Shown here: positions 1 through 14,315 of the stretch, one piece after another
Position numbering within the stretch: position 1 is the first letter of the stretch
How the letters are laid out: every line of letters starts with the position of its first letter
From: Eledone cirrhosa
Taxonomy: Eukaryota
Length of the DNA: 64,000 bases
NCBI GenBank assembly: GCA_964016885.1
Contig: OZ024764.1
Coordinates: 6,386,001 to 6,450,000 of the forward strand
Reading direction: 5' to 3'
Program-made: the position numbers and the translations under genes
The notes under the pieces: model-generated
The model's database searches: none
What the model was told of the DNA's origin: nothing
Seen by the model: only the letters and a program-made list of their open reading frames with translations

Positions 1-39
1 GAACACGGACGTTAAACGTTGATGATGATGATGATGATG

Positions 40-40
<1 letters not shown>
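1..40 (+). mobile_element. 3' end of RTE-tailed SINE-like element with (GAT)n tail
   Basis: gaacacggacgttaaacgttgatgatg is the reverse complement of the element end at 44754-44795. Confidence 0.7.

Positions 41-131
<91 letters not shown>
41..131. repeat. (TA)n/(CA)n microsatellite
   Basis: Direct inspection. Confidence 0.95.
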
Positions 132-135
<4 letters not shown>

Positions 136-204
136 TACAACTTATGGTATATAAATATTGAGTTTTGTCATAACTAATCACTGCCAAGACTGGAATTGAA
201 AAAT

Positions 205-445
205 CAGCACAGTTGAGGTATGCCAGACATCAACTTATTTTATCTGGTGAGGACGTACTGATGAAACAGCTCAGTACCTCTGAAATATATATAATAAAAT
301 ATATTTGATCACCTGAATGTCTATGTTTATTAATAATTTGAAGTAATATTAATAACTCCAGAAAACCCCACTGTTGAGTGCTTCTAATCTATTGTAAAAC
401 TTTATTCATTGATTAATCAATGAACCTTGTTAAATTTTTGGTTTT
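205..445 (+). mobile_element. Penelope-like pLTR fragment with degenerate hammerhead (core CTGGTGA at 244)
   Basis: Homologous to 29985-30225; tattttat-CTGGTGA-stem II-GAAA-tatata-taataaaata, then the ACTCCA..GAGTGCT tail and (TA)n. Confidence 0.7.
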
Positions 446-466
446 ATATATATATATATATATATA

Positions 467-527
467 TAGGAAAATGTAAGACCCCGACGGCAGAGCTCAA
501 GCCGTTTTGACGGCTAATTCTGGACCA
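467..527 (-). mobile_element. Short arm of the GAAACGGC/GCCGTC fold-back PLE-type family
   Basis: Matches 14976-15045, 11885-11945, 20207-20266 and 38857-38946. Confidence 0.65.
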
Positions 528-539
528 TATAGCTTCATA

Positions 540-1345
540 ATCACTGCCATCATCACCATGACCATCACCAACAACTTCACAATTACCACTTCCAACACTA
601 TAACCACCACAGTCAACACTACCACAACAGCCACCACCACTATCACCATCACCACCAACACCACCACCACACCACCATCATCACTACCACCACCAACACC
701 ACCACCACCAACACCACCACCAACACCACCACCACCAACACCATCACCACCACCAACACCACCACCAACACCACATCACTACTACCACCACCACCACCAC
801 CATCACCACCACCAACACCACATCACATCACTACCATCACTACCACCACATCACTACCACCACCACCACCACCACCACCATCACCACCACCAACACCACC
901 ACCACCAACACCACTTCACTACTACCACCACCACCACCACCAACACCACATCACATCACTACCATCACTACCACCAACACCACATCACTACCACCACCAC
1001 CATCACCACCACAACATCACTACTACCACCACCAACACCACCACCACCACCACCAACACCACATCACATCACTACCATCACTACCACCAACACCACATCA
1101 CTACCACCACCACCACCATCACCACCACAACATCACTACTACCACCACCAACACCACATCACTACTACCACCACCACCACCACCACCACCATCACCACCA
1201 CCAACACCATCACCACCACCACCATCACCACCACCAACACCATCATCACTACCACCACCACATCACTACTACCACCACCAACACCACATCACTACCACCA
1301 CCACCACCACCACCACCACCACCACCACCACCACCACCATCATCA
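540..1345. repeat. (CAC/CAT/CAA)n compound trinucleotide repeat
   Basis: Direct inspection; source of the His/Thr/Pro-rich ORF. Confidence 0.9.
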
Positions 1346-1403
1346 CTTGTTGTCATCAGAAGGAAAATCTGTTTGAAATTCAGATAGAAAAAATTGGTGC
1401 TCC

Positions 1404-1590
1404 ATATATATATAAAAGTTATATATGCATTGTACATCAATATATATATATATGTCATATATACACATGTTTATACACACACACACACACATATATCTAT
1501 ATATGTGTGTGTGTGTATAATATATATATATATATATATGTGTGTGTGTATGTATATATATATATGTGTGTGTATATATGTATATATATA

Positions 1591-1623
<33 letters not shown>

Positions 1624-1766
1624 GTAAATATATGTGTGTGTATATATATATACATATATATAAACTATAAAGCTATAATCTTATGTGTGCATGAGTCTAC
1701 ATACTTTAATGTAGACATGCATATTTAAATATTTTACATGTATATATATCTATATACATACATGGG

Positions 1767-1797
<31 letters not shown>

Positions 1798-1826
1798 GTA
1801 TGTATATATATATATACACACACATG

Positions 1827-1878
<52 letters not shown>

Positions 1879-1897
1879 CATGTATATATATCTATAT

Positions 1898-1982
<85 letters not shown>

Positions 1983-2012
1983 CCAGTCTTGGTAGTATAT
2001 ATATATCTATAT

Positions 2013-2085
<73 letters not shown>

Positions 2086-2130
2086 CATATATATATATAC
2101 ATACATATATATATATATATATACACACTA
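1404..2130. repeat. (TA)n/(TG)n/(CA)n compound microsatellite
   Basis: Direct inspection. Confidence 0.9.
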
Positions 2131-2229
2131 CCAAGACTGGGACAGCCAAAAAGGGGGGGGGGTGTTAGTCTCACTGACTGACATCTGCAATTCATATGAT
2201 AAGAATTAATTAGAAAAGTCTAGAAGACA

Positions 2230-2443
2230 GTAACAATAACTACTACTACTACTACCAGCACCACAACTACAACAACAGCTACCACTACTACTACTACTAT
2301 TACTACCACTACTACTACTACTACTTGTACTACTACTACTACTGCTGCTATTACTACTACTTCTGTTGCTGCTACTACTACTACTACTACCAGCACCACC
2401 ACTACAACAACAGCTACCACTACTACTACTTCTGCTACTACCG

Positions 2444-2477
<34 letters not shown>

Positions 2478-2562
2478 CACTTCTACTGCAACCTCTACTA
2501 CTACTACTACTACTACTACTTTTACTACTACCACTACTACTACTACCACCACCACCACTACT

Positions 2563-2615
<53 letters not shown>

Positions 2616-2660
2616 CACTACTACTACTACAAGATCAACAGTAACAACAACAACAACAGT
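2230..2660. repeat. (TAC)n compound repeat
   Basis: Direct inspection. Confidence 0.9.
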
Positions 2661-2905
2661 TATAACTGGCAAAAGGACACCTAGAAAAAGAAATTATAAT
2701 CTTAATATTAGTGGAGGGTGTTCCTATTGTGATGTAATGTGTATATATGTGTGTATATATATGTGTATATATATATGTGTGGGTGTATATATATATATAT
2801 ACATATAGATATATATATATACATATATGTTTGTTTGTGTAATATTAATTGTTAGGTGTGTGTATATATAATTATAAAGTTATAGCTGAATAAGCACACA
2901 CTCAC

Positions 2906-2979
<74 letters not shown>

Positions 2980-3924
2980 ATGTGTATATGTATATATATA
3001 TATATATATACATTTACACATATATATATACACATATGTTTATATATACACATATGTTTATATATATATAAATATGTTTATATATATATAAATGTGTATA
3101 TATATATATATATATATGTGTATGTATATATATGTGTATATATATATGTATATATATATATATATGTATATATATGTATCTATATATAAGTATATGTATA
3201 TATATAAGTATGTATATATCTATAAATATATATATATATTTATAGTTATATCTGTATACACGTGTGTGTGTTTGTGTATATACACACATTTGCTGATGTG
3301 ATAGATGAATGAAAAAATAGCAAATAAATATACACACACTCACACACTATGTCTACACATATCTACATGTGCACACACACACATACATATATATACACAC
3401 ATATACATATGCAATCATATCAACACACACATACCCACATACACACATACTCATACACATATATCAACACACATACCCACCCTCATACACGCATACTCAC
3501 ACACATATACACACGCATACTCACACACACATACCCCCCCCCCACACACATATATCAACACACATACCAACACACAATAATAGTTAATTATTACAATCCT
3601 GTCTTACTAAGCCCTCCACCCCCATCCCTCTCCCACACTCAGTCCCCATCCCCCTCCCCCTCACCTCTCCCTACCCCCTCCCTTCCACTTCAGTTTTATT
3701 CTTCTCTCACTTTTCTGTTTTCTGATTTACTAGACGCCCCCTCCTCCCCCAACAGTCCCTGCCCCCTATATCCTCCAGGCTATCCCTCCTTCCACAGTCA
3801 TCTCATCTACTTCAGATTTTCTCACCCCCCCCCCCCCCTAGTCCTCACCTCTTCACTCCATCATACTCTTTGCTTTCCTCCTCCTCCTTATTGTTGTTGT
3901 TATTATCAATTGGGTTTTGTCTCC

Positions 3925-4475
3925 TCTCCTTCCTTCTGTCTTCTATCTTTTGTCTTCTATCTTCTGTCTTCTGTCTTCTCTCTTCCATCTTCTATCTTCT
4001 GTCATCTCTCTTCCATCTTCTGTCTTCTATCTTCTATATTCTGTCTTCTCTCTTCCATATTCTGTCTTCTGTCTTCTATCTTCTCTCTTCCATCTTCTAT
4101 CTTCTCTCTTCCATCTTCTATCTTCTGTCATCTCTCTTCCATATTCTGTCTTCTATCTTCTTTCTTCTCTCTTCTATCTTCTATCTTCTCTCTTCCATCT
4201 TCTGTCTTCTATCTTCTATCTTCTGCCTTCTCTCTTCCATCTTCTCTCTTCTATCTTCTGTCTTCTATCTTCTCTCTTCTCTCTTCCATCTTCCGTCTTC
4301 TCTCTTCCGTCTTCTCTCTTCCATCTTCTCTCTTCCATCTTCTCTCTTCCATCTTCTCTCTTCCATCTTCTCTCTTCCATCTTCTATCTTCTGTCCTCTA
4401 TCTTCTGTCCTCTATCTTCCGTCTTCTCTCTTCCATCTTCTCTCTTCTGTCTTCTGTCTTCTATATTCTGTCATC
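3925..4475. repeat. Pyrimidine-rich tcttct(a/g/c) compound minisatellite
   Basis: Recurrent tcttcta/tcttctg/tcttcca units. Confidence 0.9.
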
Positions 4476-4578
4476 TCCACCACCACCACCAGACTGGGGC
4501 ACTGCCTTTGACTTGATCAGACTTGATCATGCCTTTGACTTATTTGATCAACCTCTTTTCCTTGAACTACAAACTTCT

Positions 4579-4612
<34 letters not shown>

Positions 4613-4615
4613 TGT

Positions 4616-4665
<50 letters not shown>

Positions 4666-5179
4666 CAATAATAGGTATGGTACCAGGAAAAACAGGAAGG
4701 AAGAAGTGGGTAGAAGACAAAATTTATTCAGAGTTTGTTCCTTAACATATGTTTCTGTACAATAACAGTCTACTAGCACTGACTACATAGTCCCATGCTC
4801 AATCGGAAGCATTACGTGAAATAATTAGGTGGAGAAGTTTTATCAGCTCAAAATACCGAAATATAAACACTATGTTACATAAGGCTATGTTCCATACATC
4901 CTTAAAAAATAATTTTCAAACAATCATGTGTACAAGATCCTATTGTGTTAAAAATAATTAAGTGTGGAGCAAATTATTCTTTAAAGTAATTACCAAGTAC
5001 AATATAACATCAAATATTGATTTACAATAGTTTCTTCCTTATTAGGACTTATCAAAATCAATCAGTTTATGAACAAATACCTCAACATATTCATCTCCTC
5101 AAACACACGCGCACACAGACATATGTAATTATATATATAGATGACCTGGGATGAGGTGATAAAAGCCGACCTTACCCAA

Positions 5180-5564
5180 TTACACCTCTCAAAGACAATG
5201 ACACACGACCGTGACTTCTGGCGTCACGCAGTAATACAGAGTACCCGACCTCCCATGGGTACATGCTGAAGCATATAAACAATATGCCCCACACCTCCCA
5301 CTGCAAGGTGGTCGTGGAGGTGCCACGGCAAAAAAGCACCCAGCCCGCACTGTAAAGTGGACGTGTAGGCGCCACGAAAAAGCACCCAGCACTCACTGTA
5401 AATGAAGTTGGTGTTAGGAAGGGCATCCAGCTGTAGAAATCAAGCCAGATCAGTTCCTGTATGAGCAAGACAAGGTCAGCCGACCAGACACTGCACACAA
5501 CAGGACAACCCGTCTAACCCATGCTAGCGTGGAAGAACGGACGTAAAACGGTGATGATGATGAT
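5180..5564 (+). mobile_element. RTE-tailed SINE-like element (49-bp unit + ggtgttaggaagggcatccagctgtagaaa + cccatgctagcgtggaagaacggacgtaaaacg(GAT)n)
   Basis: Near-identical to 11450-11793 and to the reverse complement of 37242-37802. Confidence 0.8.
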
Positions 5565-5580
5565 ATGTGACCTTGTACAC

Positions 5581-6124
5581 TTACACCTCTCTAAGACAGT
5601 GTCACTGGATCGAGACCTTTGGTGCTACACAGTAATACAGAAGACCTGCCTTCTTACGTTCAAAGTTAAATAGGCCCCTCTTAACCAAATATACACCCCA
5701 ACCCACTACCCCTACTCCATCCTTCCACTCCCACCAACACCACCCCTTTTTCTGTAAAATTTTGTTGGTACCACAGAACACCCAGTCCACACTGTAAAGT
5801 GGTCGTGTAGGTGTCACAACAAAAAGTACCCAGTCTACACTGTAAAGTGGTCGTGTAGGTGTCACAACAAAAAAGCACCCAGTCCACACTGTAAAGTGGT
5901 CGTGTAGGTGTCACAACAAAAAAGCACCCAGTCCACACTGTAAAGTGGTCATGCAGGTGACACGGTAAAAAGGCTCCAAGTCCTCACAGTAAATGTGGTT
6001 GGTGTTAGGAAGGGCATCCAGCCGTAGAAAACCAGCCAGATACAGTCCCATATAAGTAGAACAATTGCCATCTAACCCATGCTAGCATGGAAGATGGACG
6101 TTAAACGATAATGATGATGATGAT
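5581..6124 (+). mobile_element. RTE-tailed SINE-like element with about 4 tandem 49-bp internal units
   Basis: Same start (ttacacctctc) and tail as the preceding copy; cccagtccacactgtaaagtggtcgtgtaggtgtcacaac is repeated. Confidence 0.75.
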
Positions 6125-6149
6125 ATATATATATATATATATATATATC

Positions 6150-6460
6150 ACTTTTGAGCTGACTTTTGGGATGCTCCCATACAGCTCTGAGTTTTTCATC
6201 CTCAGTGTATACTGATTAATGTTCAGAGCCATCCTCAACATTCTCATGTAGCATCCATCCACCATCTGAGTGAGTTTCTTGGTCAGTGTCCAAGTCTCAG
6301 ACCCATACAGGAGCACAGACTCCACTACAGCAATGAAGCGGCGGACTTTCAGGTCTCTACGAAGGTCCGACTTCCACACTGATCTCAAGCTGTGGCACGC
6401 CGCCCAGGCCTTGCTCTTCCTCTCAACCACATCATCTTCCGTATTCCCAATCTTTGCTCC
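6150..6460 (-). mobile_element. RTE/RTE-X LINE ORF2 fragment (inverted 5' part)
   Basis: ERKSKAWAACHSLRSVWKSDLRRDLKVRRFIAVVESVLLYGSETWTLTKK...DGCYMRMLRMALNI...ELYGSIPKVSSK, the typical post-RT region. Confidence 0.9.
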
Positions 6461-6461
6461 C

Positions 6462-6720
6462 AAATATAGAGGAGACTGAGGTTAGTTGGACATGCTCACC
6501 GACATCCAGAGTTGACATTGCACTCAGTGCTCCTTTGGGAGCCCCTACATGGACACACTAGAAGAGGAAGACCAAGGTTAACGTATGTTGATGCCCTAAG
6601 GACAGACACTGGTCTGTTGGAGACGCAGGACATGGCAGCGATAATGAGGGACAGAGACCGCTGGAGAGAACTCGTCCATGGATCTCGGGAATTTTACCCG
6701 CCTTAGATATATATATATAT
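6462..6720 (+). mobile_element. RTE/RTE-X LINE 3' end
   Basis: RRLRLVGHAHRHPE...LLWEPLHGHTRRGRPRLTYVDALRTDTG...MRDRDRWRELV*, followed by (TA)n. Confidence 0.9.
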
Positions 6721-7330
6721 ATGGCGGCTGCCAACTCGTTTTCGAGTATGGCCACTACTTTATATCCATGTAGGAGAACCCCAACCGATGCGCTGAACGA
6801 GTGTGACTTTTTAGTCCAGCCAGCTACTTGAAAACTCTGGTACAAACACTACACTTGTGACAGTTATTGACACATAGTGCTGGGCCCATGGTACCATGTG
6901 ACGACAAGTGCAGAGAGATCTCCAGATATAAAGCAATGCCTGTGCCGTGAAGCTTTTATAGTGAGCAAAGGCACTGCACAAAGCCAGTCCCACTCTCTTA
7001 ACCAAGATGATATTTACCAAAAAGAAGAACAAGTCAACATCATTGGATACCATCAGGGTTGCAGGTGTTATATCAGAGTTTTCCTTCTCCTAGAATTCTG
7101 CCTTGACAAAGGCTAAGGGGTCATCTCTCCCGGTGATTTTGGATGGCCATTGACTCTTAAGAGCTCCTTTGCCCTTTGACAGGTTTTGTTTTTAGTCCTG
7201 CAGGATGTCCAAAGTCACCCTCCTCACCAAGAAACCTTGGTGGGGTTGCCAGTTTAGTCGCCAACGACCCGACCATGAGACAGGTTGTACTGGGATACAT
7301 GTTACCAGTAGCACCAACTGGTGACCTGAC
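6721..7330 (-). mobile_element. Non-autonomous RTE-derived element (5'UTR-like body + 3' end)
   Basis: Minus strand has ctaggagaaggaaaactctg, reminiscent of RTE 5' UTRs. Related to 60907-61465 and 62271-62594, with the shared end ggccatactc..aacgag..ggcagcc before (TA)n. Confidence 0.55.
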
Positions 7331-7489
7331 ATACATACATACACACATATATACATACAAATGGAAGTTTAGTAAGATCGAAGTTTTGGCTTTAGCAGTG
7401 GTCAGTGCTTCACTATCATGTGCTTTTTCGCCAACAAGAGAAATAACGCTGGGTTTTTTGGCGGGCAAATTCAAAACGCATATATATAC

Positions 7490-7810
7490 ATCATCATCGT
7501 TTAACGTCCATCTTCCACGCTAGCATGGATTTAGATTGGAATTATCCCACTTGAGGCAGGATTGGTCGTCTCGCTCGTATGGTACTGTCTGGCAGGTTTT
7601 CTACGGCTGGATGCCCTTCCTAACACCAACCACATTTACAGTGGGGACTGGGAGGTTTTTACCGTGTCACATACACGGCCACATTACAGCATGGACTGTG
7701 TTTTTTGTCGTGACACCTACCCGACCTCATTTATTTAGGACTGGATGTTGTGGTACCAACATAACTTTACTTTATGAGGGTGTGGGAGTTGGGGAAGTGG
7801 GATGGGGGTG
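7490..7810 (-). mobile_element. RTE-tailed SINE-like element
   Basis: catcatcgtttaacgtccatcttccacgctagcatgg...ctggatgcccttcctaacaccaacc. Confidence 0.75.
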
Positions 7811-8044
7811 TATATATGCAGAAAGTTCAGTAAGTCCAAAGAAAACTGGTGAAAGAACCAAAGTCAGCACTCGATGTAGAGTGTATATAATAAGAACAAA
7901 GTGGAGATGTTACATACGAGATTATTTATATATATATATATATATATAAATAACTCACTCGATATGCAAATTAGGCTGCTCAGCCGTTAATATGCATAAG
8001 GAAAGTATATACTTTCAGACGTTCAATCATCTGGCAGGAAGGTA

Positions 8045-8089
8045 GACAATGCTGACGATAGCTAATAAGCTTGAAACTGGTACATCGTT
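8045..8089 (+). ncRNA. Minimal type I hammerhead ribozyme
   Basis: gacaatg-CTGACGA-t-agct aata agct-t-GAAA-ctg-GTA-catcgtt; stem I atg/cat. Confidence 0.65.
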
Positions 8090-8282
8090 CCTTTGTCAGT
8101 GTTGAACAAAAGAGCAATGATGGTTGCTAGACACTGTACGGCTTAATTCGGGATGTTTGTTTACAAACAAACCGAGCATTATAATAAATGCTCGGTAAAT
8201 CCATACGTACATATATATATGTGTGCATGTATGTATATATATACATACTACTGTACCTCTGTATACATATATGTATGTACGT

Positions 8283-8321
<39 letters not shown>

Positions 8322-8739
8322 TAAAAAAATAATGAATAAAACAATGAAACAGTTCCTTATATTAAACAAAAAAAGTTCATTATTTAACGATCGTTTCTAG
8401 GATATATATGTGTTAGAATTGGCATGCATATTCAACAGATCTATGTACAAAATTATACAAAATTATACAAACTATCAAAATTAAATATACATACCAAACA
8501 CATATATATGCCGTCTTCAGAAATAATGAAATATATTTATTGATAATAACAACAATTCAAAATTACAGGTCTGTTTGGGAACAGAGTTCAAATTGACCAA
8601 TGAAAATACAAAAAGTTTATACAGTTAGGTGTGTGTATATATATGTAAGTAACTTCGTTCACAGATATGCATAAAGATATATGTTCACATGCATACGCAT
8701 GCCAAAAAGATGTATGTAAATACAAAAATTCAAGGTTAA

Positions 8740-8789
<50 letters not shown>

Positions 8790-8793
<4 letters not shown>

Positions 8794-9053
8794 GCTACAA
8801 TAAGCTTCTGCAGTTTCTGTCTACCAAATTCCACACAAAAGCCATTGGTGAACCTGAGGCTACAGTAGAAGACACTTGCCCACATACACATGTGAAGTGG
8901 CTGGGGATAGGAAGGGCATCCAGCTGTAGATAGCTTGCCAAATAAGGGGTTGGGAGGATCCTTCAGCTTGTGACTACCTGAGGTCACTTGCCCCAAGATG
9001 TCACACAGTGGGACTGAGTGTGGTACCAAGTGATTGTGAAGTGGACACAGCCA
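8790..9053 (-). mobile_element. Degenerate octopus-type tRNA/CORE SINE
   Basis: ctaccaaattccacac..agtagaagacacttgccc..cagtgggactga..acacagcca; a second degenerate copy lies at 61570-61705. Confidence 0.6.
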
Positions 9054-9681
9054 TATACATATATATATATAAATACACATTTGTGTGTGTGTGTGTGTGT
9101 CTGAATGCGTGTATGTAAGTATATATTTGCTCTACGGTTCTTATATATTTGATATATATTTATCCTTATCGAGCCCTCTTTGGATTTTAGTCTTCAAATT
9201 TATTATTATTACTATATATATATATATATATATAAACACACACATATATGTATATATATATATATATAAACACACACATATATGTATATATATATATATA
9301 TAAACACACACATATATGTATATATATATATTTTTTTTTTCTCGAGGAGGGGGGGATTTTACCCGCCCTAGATAGATAGAGATATATATATATATTCAGA
9401 CACACACACACAAACATATATATATCTGCACTGAGACACCATCACACACATATATCCATTCAGAGACACACACACCTCCTGTCACCACCACCACCTCCCA
9501 CCCCAATAATATCCTGTTCTATCAAATATTTCCTATCTTTCAATTAAGGTAGACCTCATGTTTCCATCACCAACAACATCGCTACTACCACCACCAAAAC
9601 CACCACCACCACCAACAACAACATCGCTACTACTACCACCACCACCAACACTTTTCGAAAAATCTTTCTTTTATATATATA

Positions 9682-11408
9682 CTAGCAGAATGGCTCGGCG
9701 TTGCTCGGGATTTGCTCTAGGGTTCTTATATATTTGATATATATTTATCCTTATCGAGCCTCGTGAAATAAATACATTTGTTTATATTTTGTTATTGTGT
9801 ATGCAAGAAATGAGATGATAGGGACTGGGGTCCCTATCATTCCACTGCAAAGTGGTCGTGGAGGTGCCACAACAAAAAGAGCACCCGGCCTACACTGTAA
9901 AGTGGTCGTGGAGGTGCCACAGCAAAAAAGCACCCAGCCTACACTGTAAACTGGTCGTGGAGGTGCCACAGCAAAAAAGCACCCAGCCTACACTGTAAAC
10001 TGGTCGTGGAGGTGCCACAGCAAAAAAGCACCCAGCCTACACTGTAAACTGGTCGTGGAGGTGCCACAGCAAAAAAGCACCCAGCCTACACTGTAAACTG
10101 GTCGTGGAGGTGCCACAGCAAAAAAGCACCCAGCCCACACTGTAAAGTGGTCGTGGAGGTGCCACAGCAAAAAAGCACCCAGCCCACACTGTAAAGTGGT
10201 CGTGGAGGTGCCATGGAAAAAAAGCACCCAGCCCACACTGCAAAGTGGACGTGGAGGTGCCACGGCAAAAAAGCACCCAGCCCACACTGTAAAGTGGTCG
10301 TGGAGGTGCCACAGAAAAAAAAGTACCCGGCACTCACTGGAAATGAGGTTGGTGTTAGGAAGGGCATCCAGCTGTAGAAATCAAGCCAGAATCAGTTCCC
10401 GTATGAGCAAGACAAGGTCAGCCAACCAGACACTGCCCACAACAGGACAACCCGTCCAACCCATGCTAGCATGGAAGAATGGACGTAAAATGATGATGAT
10501 GATATATATATGTACATATATATATATTATATATATATATATAAATATATTTACATATGCATAGGGCATCCAGCTGTAGAAATCAAGCCAGAATCAGTTC
10601 CCGTCCCACCCTTGCAAGCAGGGAAAAGCGGACGTAATGAAATGATGATGATGATGATGATGCACTCGCTGAATTACCAAGTTTCAGCTGTTATTCAGAT
10701 TAGTAAACAATATGAACATATATTTTTCTCTCATAATCATTTCAAAATGTCTATTTTATTTTTATTTTTTAAATATCAAAATTGTAATGATAATAGAATA
10801 GAATTTAGAAATGAAAATCTGTCAATCTTGAAGCACCTTAGGGTAAACAATATTCATTGTGTCATCGCATGTTTAGATGTGTGTGTTTAATCCTCTGTGT
10901 ATTTGATTAGATATTTACCTGAAGATGTGTTTGTATGTAACTTACGAAGGCCTAACGTACGTAACAAATGCACAAACACACACACACACACACTCACAAG
11001 CAAACACACTCACTTATATACAAAATGTGACATCGTCGTGTTATAAAATCTCCGTTTATTATGGTTGACTATAGAAAGATTATTTTAGATAAAGTGTTAC
11101 CATATTTGCTACTTTTTTCCTAAAATAAGTCTCAAAATCTACCATGCGTCCTGGAGGGTAAGGTTGGTTCTTTTTTTTGCCAAATTTTTGGTTGTCAAAT
11201 TTACGGTGCATCCTTCAGGACAAAGCATCTTTGGCGCCGGGAAATACGGTAAATTGTTTTAATCCAAATAAAAATAAAAATGACATGTTGTTAATCCTGG
11301 GATCTAATACTACCTTGTAAAATCTGATTTGATTTGGTCTAGCTGTTTGGGAATGCATAAGGAAAATACAGATTGACTGAGAGACAAAGAATTTTATATA
11401 TAGAGAGA
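9682..11408 (-). mobile_element. Probable non-autonomous Helitron with nested insertions
   Basis: Minus strand starts A|TCTCTCTATATATAAAA and ends with the GC hairpin cccgagcaacgccgag..CTGCTAG|T. Confidence 0.45.
9808..10503 (+). mobile_element. SINE-like element with about 10 tandem 49-bp units
   Basis: cacccagcctacactgtaaa(c/g)tggtcgtggaggtgccacagcaaaaaag repeated over 9843-10335; RTE-like (GAT)n tail. Confidence 0.8.
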
Positions 11409-11449
11409 TGTATGCATAAATGTGTATATATATATATATATATATATAT

Positions 11450-11793
11450 GTAATACAGAGTACCCGACCTCCCATGGGTACAAGCTGAAGCATATAGACA
11501 ATATGCCCCCACAGCCACCACTGCAAGGTGGTCGTGGAGGTGCCACGGCAAAAAAGCACCCAGTCCACACTGTAAAGTGGACGTGTAGGCGCCACGAAAA
11601 AGCACCCAGCACTCACTGTAAATGAGGTTGGTGTTAGGAAGGGCATCCAGCTGTAGAAATCAAACCAAATCAGTTCCTGTATGAGCAAGGCATGGTCAGC
11701 CGACCAGACACTGCCCACAACAGGACAACCCGTCTAACCCATGCTAGCGTGGAAGAACGGACGTAAAACGGTAATGATGATGATGATGATGAT
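11450..11793 (+). mobile_element. RTE-tailed SINE-like element
   Basis: Near-identical to 5230-5564. Confidence 0.8.
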
Positions 11794-11945
11794 ATAACAA
11801 AGGAAGTGTGGTAAGGAACCAGGTGGACCATAGCGCACCAGAGTACTGGATACTTTGGGTAGTAGAGTGGGTAATAGGAAAATAGTCCAGAAATAGCCGT
11901 CGAAACGGCTTAAGCTCTGCCGTCGGGTCTTAAACATTTTCTTTT
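11794..11945. mobile_element. Fold-back PLE-type element (GAAACGGC family), internally deleted
   Basis: Tail on the minus strand (aaggaagtgtggtaaggaacc..gtagagtgggtaataggaaaa) joined to plus-strand tccagaaatagccgtcGAAACGGC..GCCGTC. Confidence 0.65.
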
Positions 11946-11970
11946 ATATATATATATATATATGTGTGTG

Positions 11971-12013
<43 letters not shown>

Positions 12014-12140
12014 ATACATATATATATTTATATATATATATATATGTGTGTGTATATATATATATAAATACATGTATATATATACATGTGTATATATATA
12101 TATATATATATGTGTGTGTATATATATATATAAATACATG

Positions 12141-12174
<34 letters not shown>

Positions 12175-12489
12175 ATGTGTGTGTGTGTATATACATATAT
12201 ATTTATATGTATATTTGTGTAGATAAGTATGTGTGTGTATATAGATGTGTGTGTGTGTGTGTATGAAAAAAGTTTATCACAAAATTCCACAAATATCGGT
12301 AATTAACACAGGATATACAGAATCACCACCGCCACCACTTACGACGACAACAACAACAACAACAACAACAACAGCACTACATCATGAGTACTATGATTAC
12401 ACAACTGTATACACTAGCACCACTACCACTACCGCCACTTCCAATATGTAGGTCTACTTGATCAGAGCTGACCTTAGGCTAATCAACAC

Positions 12490-13797
12490 CACCAACAACA
12501 CTACCACACCACTACTACTGCTCCACCAACACCACTAGTGTTCCACCACTACTCCACCACCACCACCACCACTACACCACCACCACAACCACTACACCAC
12601 CACTACACCACCACCACAACCACTACCACCACTACTCCACCAACACCACTGCTCCACCAACACCACTAGTGTTCCACCACTACTCCACCACCACCACCAC
12701 CACCACCACTACACCACCACCACAACCACTACACCACCACTACACCACCACCACAACCACTACCACCACTACTCCACCAACACCACTGCTCCACCAACAC
12801 CACTAGTGTTCCACCACTACTCCACCACCACCACCACCACCACCACTACACCACCACCACAACCACTACACCACCACCACAACCACTACCACCACTACTC
12901 CACCAACACCACTGCTCCACCAACACCACTAGTGTTCCACCACTACTCCACCACCACCACCACCACCACTACACCACCACCACAACCACTACACCACCAC
13001 TACACCACCACCACAACCACTACCACCACTACTCCACCAACACCACTGCTCCACCAACACCACTAGTGTTCCACCACTACTCCACCACCACCACCACCAC
13101 CACTACACCACCACCACAACCACTACACCACCACTACACCACCACCACAACCACTACCACCACTACTCCACCCCAACACCACTGCTCCACCAACACCACT
13201 ACACCACCAACACCACTACACCACCAACACCACTGCTCCACCAACACCACTGCTCCACCAACACCACTACATCACCATTACTGCTCCACCAACACCACTA
13301 CACCACCACAACCACTACACCACCACAACCACACCGCCACCACCACTACACCACTGCCTCACCACCACCACTGCTCTACCACCACCACTGCTCCACCACC
13401 ACCACCACTACACCACCACCAACGCCACCACTACTCCACCAACACCACTACACCACCACAACCACTACACCACCAGAACCACTACACCACCACTGCCACC
13501 ACAACCACACCACTGCTCCACCACCACCACTACACCACCACTACACCACCACCAACACCACTGCTCCACCAACACCACTACATCACCATTACTGCTCCAC
13601 CAACACCACTACACCACCACTACCACCACAACCACACCACTGCTCCACCACCACCACCACCACACCACCACCACCACTGCTCCACCACCACCACCACCAC
13701 CACCACACCACCACCACCACCACTGCTCCACCACCACCACTACTCCACCACCACCACCACACCACCACCACCACTGCTCCACCACCACCACCACCAT
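12490..13797. repeat. (CAC)n-rich compound repeat with about 130-bp higher-order period
   Basis: ctagtgttcc recurs near 12535, 12667, 12803, 12929 and 13063. Confidence 0.85.
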
Positions 13798-13807
13798 TAT
13801 ATTATTA

Positions 13808-13997
13808 GTGGATTGACAGTATAGGTAGAGGGTCAGATGCCATGCTTAGATGCATAGAGTTACCTCCCTGTATGATCTGAGTTCAAATCCCGCCGAGGTT
13901 AACTTTGCCTTTCATCCTTACGGGGTCGATAAAATAAAGTACCAGTAATGTACTGGGTAATTGCTGGCCTTGTGCCAAAAGTAGAAACAATTATTAT
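13808..13997 (+). mobile_element. tRNA-derived SINE (family A)
   Basis: B box gagttcaaatccc; central gcctttcatccttacggggtcgataaaataaagtaccag; (ATT)n tail. Confidence 0.75.
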
Positions 13998-14174
13998 ATT
14001 ATTAGCACTAACACCGCCAACATTATCTGGTAACTTGTATAGAAGTTTTATATATTTATATATAACATATGTATGTATATATACACACGTTTGTGTGTGT
14101 ATGTGTGTATATATATATCTATATATATAATGACCACTATTTCAGCTATATATCTATACATACATATATATATG

Positions 14175-14206
<32 letters not shown>

Positions 14207-14278
14207 ATGACCACTATTTCAGCTATATATCTATACATACATATATATATATACAAATTTATATATATATATATATAT

Positions 14279-14315
<37 letters not shown>

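Noticed and set aside
507-1376. His/Thr/Pro-rich 289-aa ORF
   Set aside because: (CAC)n microsatellite, starting inside a repeat element.
4740-5100. Possible decayed coding fragment
   Set aside because: No recognisable motif in the frames I read.
7255-7330. HDV-like ribozyme at the 5' end of the RTE-derived element (gactaaactgg, several stems)
   Set aside because: Plausible by family precedent, but I could not build a consistent double pseudoknot by eye.
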